Below, one piece after another: positions 47,697 to 56,117 of a stretch of DNA of 64,000 nucleotides. The DNA is taken from the IMG/VR virus record IMGVR_UViG_3300025413_001239; one strand, given 5' to 3'. Under the pieces are notes generated by a model. That model worked only from the letters and a program-made list of their open reading frames with translations. It was not told where the DNA came from and made no database searches. This DNA comes from a virus (taxonomy: Duplodnaviria; Caudoviricetes). Position 1 is the first letter of the stretch, and every line of letters starts with the position of its first letter. The translations under genes and the position numbers were made by a program.

Positions 47697-48455
47697 ATGA
47701 AATTAATTTGGAGAGAGTTTAATTTTAATTCAGTTTATTACGACACTGAAAAAAAAGAAATGGTTAGTTGTACAACAGCTGAATTTCTTAGGTACTTAAA
47801 GGGTGTTTATACCAATAAGGAGCGATTCATTAATCGTTTCATTGATAGGCACAAAGCAACAATGGTAGAATATGACTTGAAGGGTCATAGTGAGCCAGAT
47901 TACAATATCTGCATTGAGTTCTTTGATAAGTTGGTAGCTGATTACGATGCTGCGAAACCATTCACTTTCAAGGAATCATTCGAGTTGGAAAACAAAGAGT
48001 TTCAAGCATTGGTATTCTCTTCAATTGATATTACCGATATGATTTCTCAATTGGGTGCTAAGAGAATTAAGACTGATGGTATTGAGTTGGACCAAAATAT
48101 CTATGATGATGATGGTAACCTTCTTGGTAAAGAAAAGAGGTCTAATATCTACGAGGTTCACGAAGTTGATGGTGAGAAATTGGGCTTGGAAGAAAAGTTG
48201 TATGTTGTTAAGTGCTGGTGTACAACAACAGATAAGGAACATTGGTTGTGGATTGATGATAAATACAAAGACGACCCATTAACAGCGATTGCCTCAACGT
48301 TCATGGTGCACGAAAATGTTATCCCACATATTAAGTGCTTAAAAAGACAAGGTGATGTTCTTTTGGCTGAAATGACTAAGGAAGTTACACCTGAGGGTGA
48401 GATTGTTTCTTTGACAAAAGACCAATACTTCTCTTTGTTAGCAGCACAAGCTTAA
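47697..48455 (+). CDS. hypothetical protein
   Basis: ORF between promoter and terminator. Confidence 0.75.
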   Translation: MKLIWREFNFNSVYYDTEKKEMVSCTTAEFLRYLKGVYTNKERFINRFIDRHKATMVEYDLKGHSEPDYNICIEFFDKLVADYDAAKPFTFKESFELENKEFQALVFSSIDITDMISQLGAKRIKTDGIELDQNIYDDDGNLLGKEKRSNIYEVHEVDGEKLGLEEKLYVVKCWCTTTDKEHWLWIDDKYKDDPLTAIASTFMVHENVIPHIKCLKRQGDVLLAEMTKEVTPEGEIVSLTKDQYFSLLAAQA

Positions 48456-48511
48456 AGTTTATTTTTTAATTTATAAAGGAGAGGGCAACCTCTCTTTTTT
48501 ATTATAACTAT

Positions 48512-48820
48512 ATGAATCAATTAAACGAAAAAAGTCAACCACATGGCTTATGGGTTGAATATTATAAAGACGGTAAAATACGTAGTGAGCATAATTGGTT
48601 AAATAGTGACCGACATGGTGTTTGTAAGGACTATCATGAAAATGGTGTCCTGTTTATTGATGCTGTGTATAAAAATGGCAAAAGAGTTACTTGGTCTAGA
48701 TATTTCGAAAATGGTAGTCTAGAAGTCTTTGAGCTTTATGATAAAATGGGTTTATGTTATATGAAATTTTTTAATCACAGTGGTGATATAAACCAACGTT
48801 TTCATCGTTTTTTACTTTAA
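48512..48820 (+). CDS. MORN-variant repeat protein (YwqK-like)
   Basis: HGLWVEYYKDGKI...YHENG...YFENG repeats. Confidence 0.7.
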   Translation: MNQLNEKSQPHGLWVEYYKDGKIRSEHNWLNSDRHGVCKDYHENGVLFIDAVYKNGKRVTWSRYFENGSLEVFELYDKMGLCYMKFFNHSGDINQRFHRFLL

Positions 48821-48855
48821 CATTATTTGCATATATTTATTAGAAAAATAAATAT

Positions 48856-49206
48856 ATGGCAAAATATCTTGTAATTTTTAGTGATAATCACGGTGAAGAA
48901 TTTGATGTTAATGGCTTTAGACTTATGACTGAAAAAGAAGCTGATAAGTTTGAGGATTTAGCGAATAACATTAATTTTGAATTTCATTATTACGCAAACT
49001 CAGAGTCTTTATCTTATTCAAATGGTGAAGACTTCTTATCCAGAATTGAATTTAAGCAAGTATCTAACGAAGAGTACGAAAAACTTGATAAGTTATTTGG
49101 TGGTCAATTTGGAATCTTTATTGGTGAAGAGTACTTAAATATGGTTCTTAAAGGTGAATCAGATGATAACGATGAAGAAAACGATGATTATAATGACAAT
49201 TGGTGA
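48856..49206 (+). CDS. hypothetical protein
   Basis: ORF after a TATTTAT box. Confidence 0.65.
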   Translation: MAKYLVIFSDNHGEEFDVNGFRLMTEKEADKFEDLANNINFEFHYYANSESLSYSNGEDFLSRIEFKQVSNEEYEKLDKLFGGQFGIFIGEEYLNMVLKGESDDNDEENDDYNDNW

Positions 49207-49275
49207 AAAACTTTAAAAAAGATTTGTCTAATTCAAAATAACCACGTATATTTGCACTTCAAATAGCTAATAAAG

Positions 49276-50568
49276 ATGAAGTGTATTAAAACAAGGAAAA
49301 TTCAGTTGTTGCCATTAGGTGATTTTAATGAAACCTACAAATACGTTAATAATTTAAGTTCAGGCTTAGCGTCACTCGGTAATGAAATGATAAGGAGACA
49401 TGTTTTATCATTTTATGAAATGGACGTACTAAAAGATTCAACTCCAGATGCTAAAACTAGAACTAATCTAATGAAGGAAAAATACGGAATGTCACTCCAA
49501 AATATGGGTTATGATGTTTCAAAAAAGTATTCAGCCACAATTCCTTCGAATATTCGCACAACATTTAATCAAAAGGTCTTTAAAAAAATAAAAGACAGTT
49601 ATTTTGGTATTTCAATAAATAAAGAATCTATACCATCATTCAGAAAAGACTCAATGGCAATTCCATTTAGTTATGATAATAATATCAGTTTGAACGAATT
49701 TGGGGTGTATGATTTTAAATTCTTTAATAATGTCAATTTTAAATTAAACTTTGGACGTGATAGGTCTAATAATAAAGTTATCATTGACAGAATTTTATCT
49801 AATGAATATAAGCCATTATCTTCACATATAAAAATTGATAAGAAAAAAATATTCTTAGATTTAACATATTCTTTTGACTCAGATGAAAATGTTAACATAT
49901 CTAAAGATAAAATTGTTGGTGTTGATTTAGGTATAAATAGACCTATGACAATTGCTAGGGAAGATGGTACTTATGCAAAACAAATAGAAATCGGTGGTAA
50001 GATTCAATACTCTAGATTATCAATTCAAAAACAAAGAAGAAGCTTACAAAGTGCTTTAAGGCATTCATCTGGTGGTCATGGTACTGGTAAAAAAATAGCT
50101 AAATTAAAATCATTAAAAGATTATGAACATAATTTCATGAAAACCACTAATGATACACTAAGTCGTGAATTAATAAAATATTGCGTTAATGAAGGTGTTG
50201 GTGTAATTAAATTAGAAAATCTAACTGGTATAACAGAAAATGCTAATAATTTTCTTAAGTCTTGGTCTTATTATCAATTACAACAAATGATTGAGTATAA
50301 AGCTGCTGAATTTGGAATTACAGTATTATATGTTAATCCTAGATATACCTCTCAAACTTGTCCAACTTGTGGCAATATTGATAAAACTCAAAGAGATTCA
50401 AAGGATAAAACAAAATTTGCTTGTTCAAATGAAATTTGTTCTGATATTAATATAAATAAAGATGCTGATATTATTGGTGCCTTTAATATCTCAAAAAGAG
50501 ATGGTGTTATCGCTTCTAAAAAAATATTACAAGAAAAAAGTGATAAAAAGTTGTTAGTTTCAGAATAA
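49276..50568 (+). CDS. cas12f: type V-F Cas12f-like RNA-guided nuclease (430 aa)
   Basis: RuvC D217 (GVDLG), E314 (KLENL), D398 (DADI); CPTC zinc finger; GGHG and W-YYQLQQMIEYKA motifs resemble AsCas12f1; abuts tracr and array. Confidence 0.85.
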   Translation: MKCIKTRKIQLLPLGDFNETYKYVNNLSSGLASLGNEMIRRHVLSFYEMDVLKDSTPDAKTRTNLMKEKYGMSLQNMGYDVSKKYSATIPSNIRTTFNQKVFKKIKDSYFGISINKESIPSFRKDSMAIPFSYDNNISLNEFGVYDFKFFNNVNFKLNFGRDRSNNKVIIDRILSNEYKPLSSHIKIDKKKIFLDLTYSFDSDENVNISKDKIVGVDLGINRPMTIAREDGTYAKQIEIGGKIQYSRLSIQKQRRSLQSALRHSSGGHGTGKKIAKLKSLKDYEHNFMKTTNDTLSRELIKYCVNEGVGVIKLENLTGITENANNFLKSWSYYQLQQMIEYKAAEFGITVLYVNPRYTSQTCPTCGNIDKTQRDSKDKTKFACSNEICSDININKDADIIGAFNISKRDGVIASKKILQEKSDKKLLVSE

Positions 50569-50589
50569 GTTCGTATATTTGCATAAATA

Positions 50590-50750
50590 AAAAAAGTTCT
50601 TTTACATATTGAGCCTAACGGCTGGGCTGGTTGTTCAGCCTTAAGGTGAATCCACGAATAAACGTGGTGATACTCTAGAGTATTGGAGGAAACTCACTCA
50701 CCAAATACCTTTAAATATAGGGTTTATAATGTCGTTAATGGTATAAACAA
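50590..50750 (+). ncRNA. putative tracrRNA (boundaries approximate)
   Basis: own promoter at about 50572-50583; anti-repeat 50705-50733 complementary to the repeat; GTTGTT near 50630 complementary to the repeat 3' AACAAC. Confidence 0.7.
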
Positions 50751-50769
50751 TTAAGAAATGCGCTATTCA

Positions 50770-51398
50770 GGTGTTAATGACCCTAATTTGAAAGGTATAA
50801 ACAACTAACGCTTGCAATGCAGTTCAGGTAGTGTTGGTGTTAATGACCCTAATTTGAAAGGTATAAACAACAGTATTATATAATTGTTGTTGCATTTGAT
50901 GGTGTTAATGACCCTAATTTGAAAGGTATAAACAACAGAGGTGTTCTAGCTTGACTTCACTAATATGGTGTTAATGACCCTAATTTGAAAGGTATAAACA
51001 ACGGACTGGCATCGTTAATGGTTGCTGGTCACGGTGTTAATGACCCTAATTTGAAAGGTATAAACAACAAAACTTTAATAGACCACTCTTAGGGTCTAGG
51101 TGTTAATAACCCTAATTTGAAAGGTATAAACAACCATAATATTATTTTTAATTCACCGCAATGTGGTGTTAATGACCCTAATTTGAAAGGTATAAACAAC
51201 GGGTTGAGTTAACTGGTCTGTTATTGTCATGGTGTTAATGACCCTAATTTGAAAGGTATAAACAACGAAACTGAACGTTTACTAAAAGACAAAGAAGGTG
51301 TTAATGACCCTAATTTGAAAGGTATAAACAACGAGACTGAACATTTACTAAAAGACAAGGAAGGTGTTAATGACCCTAATTTGAAAGGTATAAACAAC
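50770..51398 (+). CRISPR. CRISPR array: 10 x 36-bp repeat GGTGTTAATGACCCTAATTTGAAAGGTATAAACAAC, 9 spacers (8 x 30 nt, 1 x 29 nt)
   Basis: repeats start at 50770, 50836, 50901, 50967, 51033, 51099 (one G>A), 51165, 51231, 51297, 51363. Confidence 0.98.
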
Positions 51399-51443
51399 TT
51401 CGTCACTCAGGTACGTATTTAATTTTTTTTAAAGTTTTTAGTG

Positions 51444-51531
51444 AAAAAACTTGACAATTCAAAATAAGTTTGTATATTTGCATTGTAATTAAAAAATTTT
51501 ACACTTTTTAAAAAAGTGACATATTTATAAC
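51444..51531 (+). promoter_or_regulatory. promoter of tRNA cluster 2 (TATATTTGC and TATTTATA boxes)
   Basis: 21-nt identity with 4093-4113. Confidence 0.7.
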
Positions 51532-51559
51532 AAAAGGGAAACCCATAAACAAAAAGATA

Positions 51560-51643
51560 ATGATAAACGTTAACAACATATTTAATTTTAATTTTGAAGC
51601 AGCTGAGGCAGATTTTAGCCATCAGAGGGTTGAGGTATTGTAG
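51560..51643 (+). CDS. putative leader peptide MINVNNIFNFNFEAAEADFSHQRVEVL* (TAG) of tRNA cluster 2
   Basis: 27-codon ORF between promoter and terminator. Confidence 0.6.
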   Translation: MINVNNIFNFNFEAAEADFSHQRVEVL

Positions 51644-51672
51644 TTAACGAATCGAAAGAAACATATTAAACG

Positions 51673-51703
51673 AAAGCCCTTAACCAAAAGTTAAGGGTTT
51701 TTT
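51673..51703 (+). terminator. attenuator-type terminator ahead of tRNA cluster 2
   Basis: aaagcccttaac-caaaa-gttaagggtttt plus T-tract, about 10 nt before tRNA-Asp. Confidence 0.75.
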
Positions 51704-51712
51704 ATTTATATT

Positions 51713-51783
51713 CGAGGTGTAGTTTAGTGGTAAAATGCCGCACTGTCTATGCGGTGTCACGATTTCGATTATCGTCATCTCGG
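51713..51783 (+). tRNA. tRNA-Asp(GTC)
   Basis: cgaggtg/catctcg acceptor; ccgca-ctGTCta-tgcgg. Confidence 0.85.
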
Positions 51784-51785
51784 CA

Positions 51786-51870
51786 CGGAAAAAATTCCTA
51801 GGGATAGGAACTATCTTGATAAAGATAAGTACTGCACGAATCATAATAAGTTCGAATCTTAATTTTCCGC
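51786..51870 (+). tRNA. atypical tRNA-Ile(GAT)-like
   Basis: cggaaaa/ttttccg acceptor; tatc-ttGATaaa-gata (8-nt loop); TTCGAAT loop. Confidence 0.5.
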
Positions 51871-51910
51871 AACGGAGAATCACAACTCTAAAAAAAATGT
51901 GAAACTGGAG

Positions 51911-51983
51911 GGGGGGTCATGTACCAAGGCTGGCGAGAAATACTTGCAATATTTCTGGAAGATTTCAATTATCTTACTCTCCA
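51911..51983 (+). tRNA. tRNA-Ala(TGC)
   Basis: aaata-ctTGCaa-tattt; acceptor ggggggt/actctcc with G3.U70. Confidence 0.75.
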
Positions 51984-52046
51984 CAGGTGTCACTGATATA
52001 CTGACCGAGCATGGGGATTAGTAATAATCCCTAGTATATCTAATAA

Positions 52047-52121
52047 GGTGCCGTAGCTGAGATGGTTTAGCGGTTGGTTGAAGCCCAGCGACTTACAAGG
52101 GTTCGATTCCCTTCGGTACCA
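52047..52121 (+). tRNA. tRNA-Phe(GAA)
   Basis: ggtgccg/cggtacc acceptor; gttgg-ttGAAgc-ccagc. Confidence 0.85.
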
Positions 52122-52178
52122 GATAGTCAATGTTAATCCACCTGCACGTTGGTGATTATCGCACACTAGGAATAGTGA

Positions 52179-52586
52179 CTAAGTGATTAACAAAGTTCTT
52201 TGATTTATGATATTAGCAATAATATCAAGAAATTTTTTAGATGTATTTATTTTGAATTTTTGTTGAAATGATGTATCAATAATACATAAATCAATTTTAT
52301 TTTCAATACATGATTTAAATTTATTCTGGTCATTTATTTGTGTCTGGTTTAATTTATTAATACCGAAAATCGGTTCATAATGAAATATTCCATTCAATTC
52401 AAATGCTAAATTAAGTGACGGAATGTAGATGTCTAATTCAGAACCGATTGCATCCTTCTTATTATAGTCTATTTGTAGATTAGGGTAAAGAATTGTTAAT
52501 TGTTCTTCAAGATATATTTCGAGTTTAGAGCGTCTTGTGCCAGTTGTTTTATGTTTATTATAATTGTGAGTAAATTGAATAAAAAT
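52179..52586 (-). pseudogene. 5'-truncated PD-(D/E)XK/DUF559-like endonuclease inside tRNA cluster 2
   Basis: ELDIYIPSLNLAFELNGIFHY; no start codon outside tRNA-Glu. Confidence 0.55.
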
Positions 52587-52672
52587 GCTATGGTCGACTA
52601 GTGGCTCAGGTCGCATCCCTTTCAAGGATGTGGGGAGAAATCCCCTCACGGGTTCGAATCCCGTCCATAGTA
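52587..52672 (+). tRNA. tRNA-Glu(TTC) with long variable arm
   Basis: gctatgg/ccatagt acceptor; catcc-ctTTCaa-ggatg; gggga-gaaa-tcccc extra arm. Confidence 0.8.
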
Positions 52673-52994
52673 CAAATGTTTTAGTTATGATTAAGCGAAC
52701 AATTAGTGGTAGTTTTACTAATATGGTAAAACCTGACCCAAGTGTTATGAAAGATAGTGATTTTGATTTGTTATCGTTCTGATAGAACACTGGTTGTATT
52801 CACAATATGTAAGAGCGCATATACCAATTGCTGCTTTATGGGACAGAAAAGTTGAGGGGAAAGTTCGATTCTTTCGAAGGACACATTATTAACAAGTTAA
52901 AAAAAATGAGCGCAATGAAACAGCTGGACGCAATGTCACCAATCAGATAAGAGAAGAAAGAAAGGTTCTGATTGGTACGAGACAAACACGAAAA

Positions 52995-53387
52995 TTGAAG
53001 AAATATTCTGATAACTTCAATACAATTTTTACTTTCTTTCTAAAGTCTTATAGGAGTGGTATATTAACATTTAGTGGTGTTGATGTTCCTGTTCATTATG
53101 ACATAAATGGTCCTGAGGGTAAATTCACATTCCGAAAATTTGAGAATGGTGATTACGTTAAGGACATTATTACTTCATGTCACCCAAATATTATTAAGGG
53201 TGTAATAATTGCAAAAAAAAGTTGGGGGTTACACATAAAATTATGGAGCGAAGGTATTGCTGATTGGTGCTTTACCGAAGAAGAAATCCTGAAGCAATTC
53301 AGCGATAAGGGTATTCTTATTCCTGAACCTCTTTTAAACGACTTCAAGAATCACGTAAATAAGGCTAAACAAAAAAGATATGAATAA
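52995..53387 (+). CDS. hypothetical protein
   Basis: ORF track (TTG start). Confidence 0.6.
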   Translation: MKKYSDNFNTIFTFFLKSYRSGILTFSGVDVPVHYDINGPEGKFTFRKFENGDYVKDIITSCHPNIIKGVIIAKKSWGLHIKLWSEGIADWCFTEEEILKQFSDKGILIPEPLLNDFKNHVNKAKQKRYE

Positions 53388-53438
53388 TATTTGGTAATAT
53401 CAAATAAAATCGTATATTTGCACTCTAAATTATAACAC

Positions 53439-53684
53439 ATGAAATTAATACACATTGTTGAAACGATTGATGAAAAAGTATCATCAATATTGTCTTTTCC
53501 TGTTAAGGATGAATCAAAAGAAAAAGAAGTTGAAGAAGAAGTAAACGCTAAGTTTATTGAACTTATCAATCAATTTCAGTACCCAGCAACACTATCAGAG
53601 GATAGTGAAAAGCACTGGATACAACAAAAAATCTATCATCATAAAAATCATCTTCGTTTAGAAATCTCTTCATCACAAATATAA
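53439..53684 (+). CDS. hypothetical protein
   Basis: ORF after promoter. Confidence 0.6.
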   Translation: MKLIHIVETIDEKVSSILSFPVKDESKEKEVEEEVNAKFIELINQFQYPATLSEDSEKHWIQQKIYHHKNHLRLEISSSQI

Positions 53685-53694
53685 ATTATAAAAT

Positions 53695-54258
53695 ATGATA
53701 CATACAATTGCCCATTTATTAGGTATTAAACTTGAAGGTTCTGAGTGTTCCGCCGAGATTGAAAAGAAAGTTGTTGAACAACTGGAGAAAGTTCCTTACA
53801 TTCAATACCCGACAGCTTTCCATACGGTAGACATCATTGCTACTCGTCAAGGTGAATCTGGTTTTGAATTGCTATTAGGTCGTAAACACAAATCCACTGA
53901 ATGGGTTTTCATTGGTGGTTTTGTTGAACCAAAACAAACAGCTGAAAGTGCTGCCTTGCGTGAATTACACGAAAAAACTAATATCCTTATCGAGAATGAA
54001 TCAAGACTGGTTTATTTAGGTTCTCATTTCATTGATGATGCAAGATACAAGGATTCTTGTCATAAGATTTCAACCAGCCTATTTACAATTCAATTAACCG
54101 ATGAAGAAGCTGCGCAAGCTAAAGGTGGTGACGATATTTCAGAAACCAAATGGCTTAAATTGGGTGAAATTGAAGTTAACTTAAAAGAACATCATAGAGT
54201 TTTGCTTTATAAGTTTTTAATTAGTACTTCAAAATGGCATCATTCACATAATCTTTAA
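53695..54258 (+). CDS. Nudix (ADP-ribose pyrophosphatase-like) domain of NadM-Nudix type
   Basis: QYPTAFHTVDII...LLLGRK...GGFVEP...RELHEKT...AKGGDDISETKW. Confidence 0.75.
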   Translation: MIHTIAHLLGIKLEGSECSAEIEKKVVEQLEKVPYIQYPTAFHTVDIIATRQGESGFELLLGRKHKSTEWVFIGGFVEPKQTAESAALRELHEKTNILIENESRLVYLGSHFIDDARYKDSCHKISTSLFTIQLTDEEAAQAKGGDDISETKWLKLGEIEVNLKEHHRVLLYKFLISTSKWHHSHNL

Positions 54259-54316
54259 AAAAAAGATTTGTTAGTTCCAAATTAATTCGTATATTTGTAT
54301 TCTAAAAAAAAAAATT

Positions 54317-54832
54317 ATGAACCCTGTTTGGCATTCTGAGTCATCCGTTAGACACTTTGGTGGAAAATTAGAGGATTATTTAAAAATTCATGAAAAAATG
54401 GATTGTCATAAAGCATATGTTTCTGATAATCGTGCGAGAGTACTTACACATACAATGTTTTGGGTTATCGAAGTTATGATACCAATATTTGGTTCGTATA
54501 TAACCCTTGAAAGTGGTAGAAAAGTCTCTGTAAAGGATATATGTGAGCGACACATCCTAGAGGACTTTAAGATGAAATTTATCCCAACGCCACAAGATTT
54601 CATCCAAGAAATGGACTTCAAGTCTTGGATGCAAAATGGTAACGGTGTTTGTCCATCGGCTGCAAAGCTTTATAAGGAATTAGTTCCAGAAGAAATTAAA
54701 TCTGAGGAAGTTAAGCCTGAGAAACCTGAGATTAGAGTAGGTCGGCCATTTAGACCACTTCCAATGATTTTGGATGGTACTAAGCGTAATCGTGGTGGTC
54801 GTAGTGGTTATGAAAGTAAAATTTTAGATTAA
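54317..54832 (+). CDS. hypothetical protein (DUF6915-like)
   Basis: MNPVWHSESSVRHFGG...HEKMD...HILED. Confidence 0.65.
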   Translation: MNPVWHSESSVRHFGGKLEDYLKIHEKMDCHKAYVSDNRARVLTHTMFWVIEVMIPIFGSYITLESGRKVSVKDICERHILEDFKMKFIPTPQDFIQEMDFKSWMQNGNGVCPSAAKLYKELVPEEIKSEEVKPEKPEIRVGRPFRPLPMILDGTKRNRGGRSGYESKILD

Positions 54833-54833
54833 T

Positions 54834-55142
54834 ATGACAATAAAAGAAAGATTCTCACCAGAGAACACGGAAGCCAAGCTCAGGGCTAAAATTGAGAAAA
54901 AATTCGGCAAAGAACACAATATCAAAACGGCTATCTTCAAGGCTGTTAGTGAGTACAATGACGAATACGATAACTACAACCCAATTCTTATCTTAATTGA
55001 TAAGGACTTTAATGAGGTTGACCATAACATTCAAGTTTTGGATTTATGTCCCGATATGGAAGACCAAGGTATTTTCGATGAAGAAAATAATTACGATTCA
55101 TGGGAAACGTTATCAGTTGAGGATTTAACCATTAAATTTTAA
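54834..55142 (+). CDS. hypothetical protein
   Basis: ORF track. Confidence 0.65.
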   Translation: MTIKERFSPENTEAKLRAKIEKKFGKEHNIKTAIFKAVSEYNDEYDNYNPILILIDKDFNEVDHNIQVLDLCPDMEDQGIFDEENNYDSWETLSVEDLTIKF

Positions 55143-55487
55143 TAAACATTTAACTCCATTTACTTTTTTTGTGTTTATTGTATATTTATAGTACATCAAT
55201 TTACAATGGATGAATTAGTTAAAAAATTTATAGGGGATAAATATAGGACTACTATTGACTTTGTATCTGTTATAGAATACCCAACATTAATTAATTATTC
55301 AAATTGGTAATTATGACCCCCACCTCTATCTACACCTTCATCGCAAAGCGTGACGGGATACCAACTAGCGAGGCACTGATGCAAATGCAATTAGACCGCT
55401 ATAAAAGATTAATAAAACACCCCCGTAGTGATAAGCATAAGACTTATTTAAGAGAGGGTATTTATAACACAAAAAAAGCATTAGGAA

Positions 55488-55685
55488 ATGTCTAACATGA
55501 AACATTGTATGTTCGAAAATACATACGCAGACTTGAAAGATAGTCTTGAAAAAATGGACAATAACCACTACGATGATTTGTCAGAAACAGAACAAAAGTA
55601 TTTTAAGTTATTGGTGAAACTTTGTACTAACATAAGCGAAGGTTATCAAGAGCAAGTTAATAAACTTTTAAAACAAAAGAAATGA
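55488..55685 (+). CDS. hypothetical protein
   Basis: MSNMKHCMFENTYADL; start of an overlapping small-ORF chain. Confidence 0.6.
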   Translation: MSNMKHCMFENTYADLKDSLEKMDNNHYDDLSETEQKYFKLLVKLCTNISEGYQEQVNKLLKQKK

Positions 55686-55930
55686 CAAAAGAACAAATTG
55701 AGCAAGTAATACAAGACACGTTTACTCAGTTTAAGGGTAGTGATAGGGGTGCTAGGGTTCTAGCTTGTAGGCAAATATTCGAAACTTACTACACCCCACT
55801 AGAGGCAAGCCATAGGGACTTGGTGGAAGTGTTGGAAGGTATTAAAGATGCGCTTTCAACAATAGGAGTATCAGTTCCACCTACTACGCAATCAGTATTA
55901 TCTAACGCTAAAAAGTTAATCAATGAATAA
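55682..55930 (+). CDS. hypothetical protein
   Basis: overlapping ATGA junction. Confidence 0.6.
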   Translation: MTKEQIEQVIQDTFTQFKGSDRGARVLACRQIFETYYTPLEASHRDLVEVLEGIKDALSTIGVSVPPTTQSVLSNAKKLINE

Positions 55931-56117
55931 CGGCGATGAAGTAGAAATATTAAAAGGACAATTTAAAGGTGTTATCGGGAAGATAATTAATGATGATATG
56001 TTTATATGTTTATATGTTCTTGTTGTGGACAGAAACCTTTATCAGCGCAAATAGAAATAAATTCAGAAACTCAAATATTCGTATGGAATAGATATTTGGA
56101 TATTAAAAAATTAATCA

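Noticed and set aside
49276-50568. Nuclease-dead Cas12f/sigmaE RNA-guided transcription system, or CasPhi (Cas12j)
   Set aside because: The catalytic D/E/D residues are intact, no ECF sigma is adjacent (the sigma is 30 kb away and not ECF-type), and the protein is far smaller than Cas12j.
50806-51362. Self-targeting of spacers within this window
   Set aside because: By eye I found no convincing protospacer for any of the 9 spacers; an exhaustive alignment was not possible.
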